A stretch of 64,000 nucleotides of DNA from Lama glama. Taxonomy: Eukaryota. Positions 1 to 11,700 of the stretch are shown piece after piece. The notes below the pieces were generated by a model that searched no databases, was not told the DNA's origin, and saw nothing but the letters and a program-made list of their open reading frames with translations. Positions within the stretch are counted from its first letter, which is position 1. Every line of letters begins with the position of its first letter. The stretch is taken from NCBI GenBank assembly GCA_028534125.1, contig CM052817.1:47184001-47248000 (forward strand). Reading direction: 5' to 3'. Both the position numbers and the translations under genes were made by a program.

Positions 1-587
1 TTACCTTGAAGTGACAGACTTAACTTCATTCATTTTGAATAAAATATTTGCCAGACACCCAGTTATAAATAACTGTAGCGTGTCTGTCATTGGTTCCTTC
101 AAGCAAAATGGTGCTTCCTGGAAAAGAGACTAGTTTAGCTTATAATTCAAGCAATCTCACAGACGTTTTCTTGAGTCAGTCTTTGTACTTCCATTTGCAG
201 CAGCAATGCTTTACACATATTCTTGTTTATTTCTTCCCACAGAATATTAAAAAGATGCGTATTCTATGGTTAATGCTTAAGAAAAGAAAATCAGTATGCT
301 TTCATGCATCATCAAAAGCATTCTTAAATGTAACTTTTTTTCTTGCAAGTGTCTGACAGCAAAGAAATTAATAACTACTTCTACAATTTGGTTCCAGTAC
401 CTGGATTCACATTAGGGCCCCCCAACCCCCAGTTTTATCCTCCATTGCTTTTGTACCATCAGTGCAAATACCAATACAGTGAAAAAGGCAATGGATTTTG
501 TTTTTATTTTGAAAGTATTATGACCTCATTATCCCCCTGAAAATGTTTCAGGTAACTTTAAAGGTATAGTCAATGTTGAGAACTACC
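1..587. mobile_element. hAT-Charlie DNA transposon relic (Charlie1a/1b-like), runs off window start
   Basis: Matches recalled Charlie1 segments (CAAAATGGTG..., CACAGAATATTAAAAAGA, CCATCAGTGCAAAT..ACAGTGAAAAAGGCAA) and ends in a GAGAACTAC terminal motif next to TCTAGA. Confidence 0.8.
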
Positions 588-597
588 CTTCTAGATC

Positions 598-760
598 AGT
601 GCTTCTCAAAAATTAATGCACACACAAATTGCCTGGAGACTTTATTAAGATACAGATTCAAATTCACATAATCTTGAGATGGGACCTGGAAGTTGCGTTA
701 GTAGCATGTTCCCAGGTGAAGATGATGCTTCCTGCAGGTGGCTACACTATGAGTACTAAG
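598..760. mobile_element. MER5A/B-like hAT-Charlie MITE
   Basis: Starts CAGTGCTTCTCAAA after TCTAGAT; internal CCTGGAGACTT..TTAAGATACAGATTC and TCCCAGGTGA..TGATGCT motifs. Confidence 0.8.
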
Positions 761-767
761 TCTCTAA

Positions 768-976
768 ACCTGCACCATCAATATAGTGGCCACCAGCTCC
801 ATGGGACTACTTTGATTTAAATGCATAGTAATTAAGACTAAATAAAATTAAATGTTCAATTAATCAGTCATATTAGCCATATTTGATCACTCAAAGCCAT
901 CTGAGGCTAGTGGCTTTCATACTGGACAGAACAAAGAGAACATTTCTGTTACCCCAGAAAGTCATTGGACAATGCT
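768..976. mobile_element. MER3-like hAT-Charlie MITE
   Basis: GGCTAGTGGCT..CATACTGGACAG..AGAACATTTC..AGAAAGT.ATTGGACAATGCTG followed by TTCTAGA. Confidence 0.8.
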
Positions 977-1439
977 GTTCTAGATGGTTTACATGGAGTT
1001 AATAATGACAGGCTCATGTAACTGTATTTATTTTTTGAATGTTAATCAGAAGCTATCCTTCAAAACATGTGGGGGCAACTTATGAATAACTTCACCATTT
1101 TTCTGATCAATGCAAAAAAGGCAAATAATTTAGGATTTTATGTTTTAAACCTAATAGCTTTAAATTGCTGGATTAATTTCTTAAAAACTCCTTAGTGCCA
1201 TGTCTTCATGAGTTAGGTAAATTAATATTGCCAAAGCTGGTGTGTGATAGTCTATTTTTTTGTAGAAGAAAGAATTCTATTTAAAGAGTTAAATGATTAC
1301 GAGTAACTGATATGGAGATAGAAAAATCCATGCTCACTGTAAATGATTTTCATAATCAAAATATAGTCTTCCATACAACTCACAAGGAACAATTTCAGTG
1401 AAAAAAGCTCCACTGAGGAGAATAAAAGATTACGCCTCA

Positions 1440-2020
1440 AAGGTTAGCAGGCGGGATAGTGTTTGTCCTGGGCACACGCCAGTGCAGCGTGCTGAGAGGC
1501 ATTCCTTGGAGTCCGCTGGGCAGTTCTTGCTCTGATGAGAGCTGGCCAAGCTCTGCATACCCCACCTGACTCAAGGAAACGTTCCAAGGTAGGCTTTCCA
1601 ACAGCATTCCTAGTCTGCAAAGTTCGCAAGCTGAGACGAGCCTAGCTGGAGTGAAGAGCAAGAAAAAGCTAACAAAAATAAAAAGAGGAAAGTGGGAAGG
1701 CTGTTCTAGATTTTTCTGCAGGCACTTCTGTAGGCTGTGTTCAGTCACCTCTCTCCCCATAAGCACAGTTTACCTTATACTTGTGAAGAATAACTTGTAA
1801 ACGTAGCACACCTGAAACAAAGCTTGTTCTTTGGGGCTAGAGGAATATTTCAGTAGCAAAGGAAAAAGCCTTTTGTCAAGCATTCCAGTTTTAAAAGTGG
1901 ATGTGGTGCTGGATGTTTTGGGAGAACTGAAAAATTCCTACCCAGTTAAGGGTCTCTTTTTGTATATCTAACATGCTTCCATTAAATTCTTCAGTCAGAA
2001 GACAAAGAGAGCATTCCATC
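1440..2020. promoter_or_regulatory. Candidate enhancer with clustered TEAD (MCAT) and AP-1 motifs
   Basis: GCATTCC(A/T) at 1499, 1604, 1880 and 2011; TGACTCA at 1567-1573 next to GGAAA at 1575-1579; several retained CpGs at 1450-1640. Motif evidence only. Confidence 0.35.
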
Positions 2021-2105
2021 AATCTCTGCCACTGGCTTGCCACTGCCCAGAAGCATGAGATCAGCAGCTCGTACAATTTCATCCTCCAGGGTAGGTGGAG
2101 ATGCT
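1835..2105 (-). mobile_element. Possible very old RTE/L4-clade LINE ORF2 relic (pre-RT linker)
   Basis: Frameshifted minus-strand translation PPTLEDEIVRAA..LGSGKPVAEIDGM../EEF..FSQNIQHHIHF resembles the PPTLEEI..A...LKSGKA.G.DGI..E.FK motif; weak. Confidence 0.3.
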
Positions 2106-2449
2106 TTTCTTGTCAGTTGGACTCTCATTTGAGTGGATGTCTCTTGGCTTTGAAACTTTTCAGAAACTAGTAACATACCCCCGCAAGAAGCAGACTGATG
2201 AACCCCATTGGAAGCTCCATCTAAGAGACACATTTTTTCTCTTGCCACATTAGCTGTCAGTCTGTGGTTTTGAGTCTTTAACTGGCACCACCATTCTCAC
2301 TGCCTCCCAGCTCCCATGTTCATGTCAGAGCCAGGTCTTAACTCTGTGCTTGGATCTTGGAATCAAATCTCAGTGGTCACCATTATTGTGAGAGGTCAGA
2401 CAGGGGACATCGTGTTAGCTATTTGGTTGAAACAAAAATAGGGACATTT

Positions 2450-2690
2450 TAGGTTAAAAAGCAAGATTTCCTTTTGCTCTTAGATGTGGAGATGAGGGGT
2501 GAGGGGAGATAGATGTGCCGTGCTGGGCTGGCCTTTTTATGGACAACCTTCTGTGGGAGCTCAGTCCACGGTGCCCGCCCCTCTCAGGCAGATGTGGCCT
2601 ACTGCCTTCATGCCAGTCCCCACCTGGGCCACTTACCTCAGTTACTCCACCTGCCTGGGCCCCACATTTGCTTGTGCTCCTCCTGGTTTA
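2450..2690. mobile_element. MER102-like hAT-Charlie element
   Basis: CAGTCCCCACC..ACCTGCCTGGGCCCC..CATTTG..CCTGGTTTAGA resembles the MER102 terminus; related to the copy at 10086. Confidence 0.55.
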
Positions 2691-4306
2691 GAGCACCAGT
2701 CTCTTGTCAGCCTCATAATCTAGCATCCCTCTGGGCATCAGAGTGATACCTGTTCAGCAGCACCACGGTAGGAAATGTCAGCTTGTAAAGAGAGGGAACA
2801 ATTGGCATTTGCCAAGAACCTACAATGTGCCAGTCACGGGTTAGGTGCCAGCAGATGGTGGGCCTTCTAAACTTACTTGTCAAGAGAAAGAAGAAAATCA
2901 AAGGAATTTCTTATGGAATTTTCACGACTGAATCTGTTAATGTGTATTAGGACTTGACAGTCTTAATATTAAATACAATGGAGTAAATAAACCCTGAAGG
3001 TAAGCAGGAAAGGTTCTTTTAGAATCCTCCACCTATTCCTCCTTAAAGGCAAAACAGTTTGAAGTTCTCACGTCTGCACTGAGAATTTTCTTTTGTTTCT
3101 CCTTGGTTTCAGCATCATTATCTCAAATTTTAATGTGCTTAAAATATTGTATAGAATTGTACATAAAGCCATGGATTCTCAGATTTTATAGTTTTCTTAA
3201 AAGATTATCCAAGAATAATTTTCTCTCTAATCAAGTTTTGCCTTAGAAGCTAATTTTCATATCTACCCTTGGGAAAGAAGAAAGATTCTAAGTTTTAGCA
3301 TTACTTCAAAACTGTATTTTGGAGAGACTAGACGAATGTCTTGTAATAAGTACAGGTTTAATCCTGAGTACTTTGAAATGAGACTGAGTAGTATGAAATT
3401 AGCCCCCTTTTTTTCTTTCAGAGTTGACATCTTTGGGGACAATTATTACATAAATTAAGTGCTTTTTTTCCAGCTAAAAGCTTCAAGGACACAGGGTTGT
3501 TCTCTATACTTGCAACCAGGCTTAATTTTTTCCAACTCAGAACAAATGTCATAAACTACTTGTTCTCAGATACAGCAGTTCATCATCAGCTACAGAAAAA
3601 CAGAGATGATAGACATTTACAAATGTGTTAGGTGACTGACTATTCTAATATGCTCCTACTGTAAAACCAATTTATTCAACTATTTAAGAGGGCATTTTGT
3701 AATTAATTGTCTTCAAAGATGAAGTTCCACCTAAATTTGGAAGTTCCCCAGGAGTCACTGTGGAGGTCATTTTTGGTGAGGTAGCTGATTGGTAGTAAAA
3801 GCCCTTAAAATATTCTAGGAGAAAAATCATCCATTCCAGTAGATTACAGCCGATTACTTGACTGCTCACTCCACCCCAAGAGTTCATTTCCTAGTGATGG
3901 CCATGCATCGTAGGTTGAGATTAAGTTGATTTTACCTGCAGGAGCACTGGGAGGACACCTTTACGCAATAGCCTGTTAACAGGGGCCTCGCCAAGGTGCG
4001 CTAGAAGGACCTCACTTTTAGTCTTTTGCCGTCATCTTTGAATAATGTTGCACATTATTTAAATTAAAATAAATGAAGTTGTGTGGCAGATAGTTCACCC
4101 TTAGCCCTTTTAGTAGACAGTATTGTCTAAGGCAGTATTAACCTTTCCTCTTGAAACTTATAATTGTCTTATGAATAAAACAGTTATATTGCAGTGTCTT
4201 TCTATGTTAAAGATGCTTATTTTGTCTGTCATAAAGACTTCAACTATATCACAGTTTTTGAACCTTGTTTTGGTGTTTCTTCACTGAGAAATAAAAGGAA
4301 TAAATA

Positions 4307-4530
4307 CAGCTGACCCTTGAACAACATGGGTTTGGACTACTCAGTTCCCCCCATATGGGGATTTTTTTCAGTAGTGAATACTGTAGTACTACACAATCTG
4401 AAATTGGTTTAATCCGGGGATGCGGAACTGTGGATGTGGGACTACACAGTGTAACTGTAAGTTACAGGCAGATTTTGGACTGCTGGGAGGGACGGCACCC
4501 CCACTCTCTTGCCTTGTTCCAGGTCAACTG
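4307..4530 (+). mobile_element. Tigger2-derived MITE (TcMar-Tigger), full length
   Basis: TIRs CAGCTGACCCTTGAACAA / TTGTTCCAGGTCAACTG, flanked by TA on both sides (4305-4306, 4531-4532). Confidence 0.9.
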
Positions 4531-5371
4531 TATGAGGAACCTCAAAAAGTAGGAGTATCCTGAGCCGCTCTGGGCCTCTGAGAATCCCTGCTTGCAATGT
4601 AAATCACACGGAGTTATTTTCAATAGACAACTTTGAATATTAGTTTATGTGGTGCAATTAGATAATTCAGCCACAATTAATCACGATCTAATTCTTGCCA
4701 GAATCTCTCTTAGGGGCAGCCTAATTTGCATATTAATGTTGTTATGTAGCTTTGTCTCTGTGCTACCTGAGTAAGGGTGCTAGTTATTGTGTTGTTAGCC
4801 AGGCTGTTATTCAGGCTCCTGTGGAAATGCTGTCACTGTGTGAAGATTTCCTTTTGGCTCTCAGCTTTTGTAGAAAGCTACAGCTTTTGAGAAGACTCAT
4901 TTTAGGTATCATTTTTTCCAGTTCCTTCCTTTTAGAAATAGAGAAACTATTTAATTTGAAACACTTGCTCAAAAAACGCAAAGATAGTTAAGTGGCGGAA
5001 TCAGAACTAGGAAACCATCTCCCTTTTCCTTTATGTGGCAGCTCCTCATTGTGCGTCCTTTCTCTGCAGGCACTTTATCATAGATTCTGGTTTTGACCAC
5101 CTTGGGTGAGCAGTGATGAGTAGAAAACATTCATTCTGCTAAATGTTTAGGAAATTGTTCAAGATAATCCACACACTCATGTTTATTCATTGCCAACAGT
5201 AGTTCTTCCACAAGGAGTCCACACTCCACATATTGAGGGGAGACTTCACTAGAGGGTCCGTGTTGGCCAGCTATGATGCAATATGGCTCTTTGTATAGAT
5301 TCTGAAATCAGTTAAAATTAAACAGTGCATCAAATTTAATACCACCATTGCTTGTATAATAAAATCATTCT

Positions 5372-5580
5372 AACATAAGCACTAGGACCAGACTATGTGG
5401 TTTCAGATATATTCTACCATATCAGTCTTGGGACTTTGAGTAAGTAACTTTACCTCTCTGTGATTCAGTTTCCTCATTCTTAAAATGGGGCTAATAATAA
5501 TTCTTATAGAGTTGGTGTAAAGAATAAATAAAATATTACATGCATAGATTTTGGAACATTGCCTGGAACCTAGCCATTAC
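5372..5580 (+). mobile_element. MIR SINE
   Basis: Core ACCTCTCTGTGATTCAGTTTCCTCATTCTTAAAATGGGGCTAATAATA and tail TGCCTGGAACCTAG. Confidence 0.85.
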
Positions 5581-7426
5581 TGGTATTTTTATAGTTTAAT
5601 CCAAGTTTCCTTACTAAAAGGCATGCATAATGGGAGTTTTGGAGCATTCATCTCAAATAGATACATATTTCTTTATATTATATTTGTATCACTGTACTAT
5701 TACATATCTTATATAAACTACAAAGTAGAAATTAAAATTGATGAAATAAAAAATTAAAACTTCTTGGAGGCCAAGAGACTGTTTTGCATGTATATCTCCA
5801 CTGGAAACTCCTGGATGTCACTGGTCTACTCTCATGCCCTGTATTTTATGCTATTTCTTCCTTCAACTTTCATAGTCTACCATCAGCTACAAAATGAGCA
5901 AAGGACAAGCTTCTTTCCTCTCCCAAAGCAATCATTCCCATGATAACATTGCTAACTTTAATCAAATTTAGTGGTTTAAAGTGCTGGTAAACTTACAACG
6001 TGTATCTTCAGTAATTAAGGATTTCCCCCCATCTGGCACCAGTGGAATTATTCTGTGGTCATTAGTCATAGGCTATACCAAATCACATTGTACACTCAGT
6101 AGTTAGAATTTTTTTATTGCTTAAATCTGAAGAGTATAATAGCTTTCAGTGTCTTTGTTTTTTTAAAAAAAGTTTTGTTTATAGATGGAAATGCATCAAA
6201 AGTTCTCTTTCTTTTCATATGTTTTAGTTTGTCAGTGAAGGATTTTGCATGTGGTCCTAGTTACCATAGGGAACCAGAGACATTCCACTGAGGTCTTGGA
6301 TGTTCCATATGTCAGAGTCCCAGATGGGCTGCAGATGACGTTTAAAATGAAAATTGTCTTTGGGTAGCTTTACACTAAGACGTATCAAACACAATTTGTT
6401 AGGTGATTAATGCTACAGGGATTATTTTTCTCTTTTTTTTGTGGTTACAGAAGTTGTTGAGGCATCTCTAAGATGATAAGCAATTATGAAAATTCAAATC
6501 CATTTTTATTTAAGGATTTATGTTGATTACCCATTTTCATTCTGGAGGAGGAAGAAGGGCTCCTTCAATTAATAATGACACAATAAGCATGAGTGCACAA
6601 TTGGAATTGTTAGTAAGTTTAATTTATGTTTCAGATGTAATTTTAAAACACAATTATTACATATTATCACACATTGTATTATTATCCTATATTAAGATTA
6701 TCCTAGAGTTTACCGATATTATTTCATAAATAGTAATCTACCACATGTTACTTTACATATAAAAAATTTTATCTTTAGTTGGCAAAGATTCATTCAGTTA
6801 TCGTAATTTTAAATATTTTGAGGGAATGCTGTGGGAATTTATAAAGAATGTAGAAGACATAGTACAGAACTTCATGTAAGTAAAAAGTCATACAGGGATA
6901 AAGTATTTAGAAATACAACTAAGCAATCTTAAAACATAATTACACATAACAGTGATTATCTAAGTGCAAAAATCGTAAAGGTGGTTGGTTCAGAGAAAGT
7001 TGAGAATAATTAACTGAAGTATCTGAATCCAGCTATGATTAAACTAGAATGACTTTATGATTTTTGAGGGTTTTTAACAAGTATTTTTAAGGTTTAGAGG
7101 AGAGGAGGAAACAGCTTTTAGAGAGTTAATATGATGTATGAGGGACAGGAATTGGGGGTTGTTGAAAGGCTTCTTGGTCCAGGTCTTAAATTTGAGGATT
7201 CCTCATATGTTGGCTGTTAATTGGGTACCAACTGGTACAAGAAAGGAGTAATCTACATCATAAATGTTGAGATTAGCCTGGGGTATTCTCTACTTAGTTT
7301 TCTAGGCAGCATATTGCAAACAATTATAGGGGTTGTTGGTAAACATGCATAATTATTTGTAAAAGATGAGCCAATTTTGCTGAAGGAGATCAATGTAACC
7401 CTAGGTCCCACTTCAAGGATAGTTTG

Positions 7427-7966
7427 TGTAGTGATTAGTTTCATGTGTTAACTTGGCTAGACTCTGATATCCAGTTGTTTGGTCAAACACCAGTCTAGAT
7501 GTTGCTGTGAAGGTATTTTTTAGATGTTATTAACATATGAATTAGCAGACTTTGAATAAAACATTGTTTTCCATGATGTGGATGGGTCTCATTCAGTAAT
7601 TTGGAGACCTTATAAGAAAAGTCTGAGAACTGAAAAGGAAGAAGGAATTCTGCCTCCATACTGCGTTTGGACTCAAGACTGGAATATCAGCTCTTCCTTG
7701 GGTCTCTAGCCTGCCAGCCTGCCCTGTAGACTTTGGACTTACCAGACTCCACAACTGCATGAGCCAATTTCTTAAACTAAATCTATCTCTTTTCTCTCCC
7801 TTCCCTTCCCCTCCATCCCCCCTCTTCCCCCCTCCTCTTTGTCCTCCTCCTCCTTCTTCCCCCTCCCCTCCCCCCTCCTCCTCCTTCTTCTTCCGCTTCT
7901 CCTTCTTTTTCTCTGTAAATTCACTTTTAATTGGTTCTGATTCTCTGCAGAACTCTGACTAATACA
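7427..7966 (+). mobile_element. MLT2B-like solo LTR (ERVL)
   Basis: TG...CA ends; GTTTGGTCAAACACCAGTCTAGATGTTGCTGTGAAGGTATTTT, GAAGAAGGAATTCTGCCTC, ATGAGCCAATTTCTTAA and CTGACTAATACA motifs; contains CT-rich low complexity at about 7783-7915. Confidence 0.9.
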
Positions 7967-8284
7967 GTGTATGAACATTGCCTATTACTCATGGTAACTG
8001 ATCTTTCCTCAAAAGCACAGCAGGATTTTATCTTTCAGTAAGCATAAATGCTACCTCTATCTATTCAAGAAACAATGTCAAAAATGCAGTCACATAGTCA
8101 CCTTTAAATATATAATAGTCATATTTTTATATTTATTTGTAGCATGCTCCATAAAAATATATTCCTGGAAATTAAAAAAAATTTTTACATTGTCCATTTA
8201 TGTCTTTGTTACATTTAAACTTGAGTCACATAAAATAGAAGGATTGTGTACTCACATTTTATTTAATTGTACATAGAACTATCA

Positions 8285-8356
8285 TTTTTTCCCTTCCTTC
8301 CTTTTTTCTTCCTTCCTTTTCTTTTTTTTTCTCCTTCCTTCCTTCCTTTCTTTTTA
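8285..8356. repeat. (TTCC/TTTC)-rich simple repeat
   Basis: Direct reading. Confidence 0.85.
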
Positions 8357-8593
8357 TCAGCTCTCTAATAATATTTTGAGGGCTGTTTATAATTTTTCAT
8401 TATATGAGTATTTTCATTTGCCATTAATAGAAAATAACATATTTTAATCACAAAATGAATTCCTTGATTTTAGGTCCTATTTAGGAAATAGTTTAGTGGA
8501 AAAGTGTGGAAATACAGGGATTAAACTTCAAAATTTTTATTCTACTAATAATATATGTCTCTGATTTATTGCTTTATCGTTTATCCTCTAATT

Positions 8594-8712
8594 TATTACA
8601 TTTAATCATATGAAATTACTGATATTCAACCATTTATGATCTACAAAATCTTTTTTATTGTAAAAATTATTTATGATCTACAAAGATACCAGTTTTATCA
8701 TTGAGCCCATCC
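8594..8712. mobile_element. MADE2-like mariner MITE with internal 37-bp duplication/insertion
   Basis: CATATGAAATTACTGATATTCAACCATTTATGATCTACAAA resembles MADE2; ATTTATGATCTACAAA is repeated at 8632-8647 and 8669-8684. Confidence 0.55.
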
Positions 8713-10085
8713 AAACCTAAAGACACACCATTGACACCTAAGACTACCTACATTTGAGCGTGAGAAGAGATTACAATAGCAAGTGGCCTCAAAGCCAAAT
8801 GCTGCTCCCATCTCACTGAACTAGTTAAGGAAGTCTCCTGCCCTTGGTAGCTCAATTATAAGAGAGATCAATCCTGTGAGGTGATCAGGAGGATGTTTCA
8901 AGCATAGTATAAAGAAGACAGCTCAGTGACAAGGGAGATTTATTGATGAATTTTAATGCTGTAATGATGGGTTCTGTCTTTTAAGGACAATATTTTGAGT
9001 GATAGGGTTTAAAAAATATAATACTATCACAGCTAGGAAATGTGATTTCTATTTGGAAAGTTAGGAAGTCAAGAAGATGATAAAATAAAGGAAGAGAGGC
9101 TCTTTTATAAAATACAATAAGAGGGCCAAGACCAAATCATGGCTCTGAGATTCATGGGAAAAATTAGAATCAGGATCACAAAAATAATCAATAGTCTATT
9201 AAAAGTAAAAATAGAAACAAATCAATGTAATATAATCATAATTTGATACCACTAATGTATTATAAAAATTTTAAGAAATGATAGCAAATAATGCTTGAGA
9301 AAATTCATAAATGAATGGTTTATTTTGAAAAACATTTTCAAAATTTTTATAATTTGAAATATTTTGCTTTGGGGTAGTTATTTTCTACTAATTATTACTA
9401 TATTCCTCAATTTAAACCATGTTATTAGTTCATACACACACACACAAAAATTCTTTGAAAAAGATAAATGGGGTAGGACTGAAATGAGGAAAAGATGATG
9501 AGTGAAGTATAATGTTTTATTACAATATAATACAGTGTAAGTTTTGGGGGGTTCAGCTAGAGCTGTTGCTCTGACTATATGTGGGTGAACTACAATATTT
9601 GTGTTAAAACAGTGCTCTGAATTTTGCGTAGTAGAATTTGTCTTGTAACATGTGGTTCACTGAAGGTCATTCCCTCAAGTACATGATGCGCTTTGTGAAG
9701 TTTGAAACCAGTAATCTTGACGGTACATAAAATGGTAGGATTGAAATGAGGTCTGGACAAGATGCCACAAGACGAAATACCAGAAGGAAGATAATACCAC
9801 AGTGCTGTCTGTCTTGTAATCACTCCTGTATCTACTTACTTTAGTTTCTTTTTGTTTGTTTGTTTGTTTTCAATTGAACTATAACTCAAATATTTGAGTT
9901 AATTCAGTGGATTCTTAAGGTCATCTGCTTACTTGATTTTTGCAATATAAATAATTATAGCATAATTTTAAAATGTTTAAATTTGCCAAGGAGATACAGA
10001 TTAAGAAAAGAAAATTAGAGGAGATGTCCTATCTTTAAATTCTAGACCCTCTTGTAGAAGATGAAGGCTTCTTCTGTGATGCTTT

Positions 10086-10375
10086 AGACTAGAAATGTAT
10101 CAACTGGCGGTCTTCAAGTGTTGATGGAGCCATATAGGGATTTTTAAATAGAAACACTGCACATAAAAAATCTTTCAAGCTTCTCTTGAAAACTGAAACT
10201 GCCTTGGCAACAGTGGGCCTGACCCCTCCCATGGCAACGATCATTTGTGGAGTAGCAGCGACCTCTCAGACTCGGCAAGTGCTCTTTTGTCTGATGCAGC
10301 CCCCACCACTCCTGACTGACTTCATGAAACTGTTATCTACCGGATTTCTGTAGGCATCTGAGTTTATGACTCAGA
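10086..10375. mobile_element. MER102-like hAT-Charlie element
   Basis: GCTTCTCTTGAAAA..TGGCAACAGTGGGCC..CCCATGGCAAC..GAGTAGCAGC..CCCCACCACTCC..TGTAGGCATCTGAGTTT. Confidence 0.75.
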
Positions 10376-10400
10376 GATATTTTAGATCCACATGACTACT

Positions 10401-10620
10401 TTTTTTTGAGGTAGACTTGATGAATAACATTATTTTAGTTTCAGGTGTACAACACAATGATGTGACATTTGTGTATATTACAAAGTGCTCACCATAGTAA
10501 GTTAGCACCTGTCACCATGCATAATTCCAATTTTTTTCCTTGTGATAAGAACCTTCAAGATCTACTCTCTTAGCAACTTTAAAATATGCAATGAAGTATT
10601 ATTAACTATAGTCCCCACAG
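10401..10620 (-). mobile_element. 5'-truncated L1 3' end (L1MA9/laurasiatherian type) with TSD
   Basis: Poly(T), then TTTCAGGTGTACAACA..AAGATCTACTCTCTTAGCAACTTT; TSD CATGAC(T/A)ACT at 10391-10400 and 10621-10630. Confidence 0.9.
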
Positions 10621-10959
10621 CATGACAACTTTAGCCTTCTAATAGTGAGACAGGCTGCCTCAATGAGGCAGTGGATGGTCCTGCCCTGAAATGTTAGAGT
10701 CTGAATATGAGATTTGGCTAGATGGCCTCCTAAAATTTTTCTCATCTGTATAAACTCCTTTGATTCGCTTCATTCGCTTAGCATTATTTTCTGAGAAGTG
10801 TTAGTCTTCACAAATTTCACCTTTTAAAAAATCTTTTTATACAAAAAATAGTAATTTTATGTAGTAAGAAATGAAGACATACAATTAGTATATGCTTTAG
10901 GTAGTGAATGGAAAATGTCCATCCCTGAACCCAGGGCCTTACTGTCCAACATATCTGTT

Positions 10960-11700
10960 TGTTGATTCGGCATTTATTTATTGAGCTCCTTCTATGTGTT
11001 CAGGATCCTGGGGATGGAGGGCTACAGTGAATAGCCAAGCCAGTGCTTTTATGGGAGTTTGTATTTGGACTTTAGAAATAGAAAATAAGTATGTAATTTC
11101 AGAGAGTAACAAGTGCTATGAAGAAAATGAAGCAGAGTAAGACAATCTGTGTGTGCTCTCTTAGAAAAGGTAGTTGAAAATGCTCCGAGAAAGTAATATT
11201 TGAGCAGCGAATGAATGATTAGAAAGAGTTAGCTATGCAAGGATATAGGGTTAAGAAACAGGAGTGAGTGTGACTTCTCCAAGACACAGCAAGAAAGCTA
11301 CTGTGGAGGGTGCCTGGTGAGCAAGGGAGAGAGGGCAAGAAATGAAGCCAGACTGTAGGGAATGTTGTGAGTACATGGGAAAGGCATCGGAAGATTTTAA
11401 TTTGAGGAATGATGTGATTTAATTTAGGGTTTTAAGGATTACTCTGGCACATCTGTAAAGAATAAGCGGCAGGGGGCAAAAGAGGATGCAGGAAGACCAG
11501 CTGGGAAACTGTTCCTGTCATCTGGGATGGGTGATGATGATGAAGTGGTGAGAATTGAAAAGACAACTGACTGGATTTGATGATGGGCTGAACTGGGAAG
11601 GGGGGAGAGAGAGAAGAATCAGAAATGACTTCTGCATTTTTGGATTGAGCAATTGGATGAACGATTACTAGTAATGGAAATAGTGAAGCCTGAGGAGGCG
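10960..11700 (-). mobile_element. L2 LINE 3' portion
   Basis: L2 tail TTTATTGAGCTCCTTCTATGTG; ORF 11432-11800(-) contains HPIAQSKNAEVISDSSLS..VQPIIKS, like L2 ORF2 HPVAQAKNLGVILDSSLS..IQSISKS. Confidence 0.85.

Noticed and set aside
6425..6618. Strong-looking acceptor (T-tract..TACAG) and downstream GTAAGT
   Set aside because: Stops in all three frames; a non-coding exon cannot be supported without RNA data
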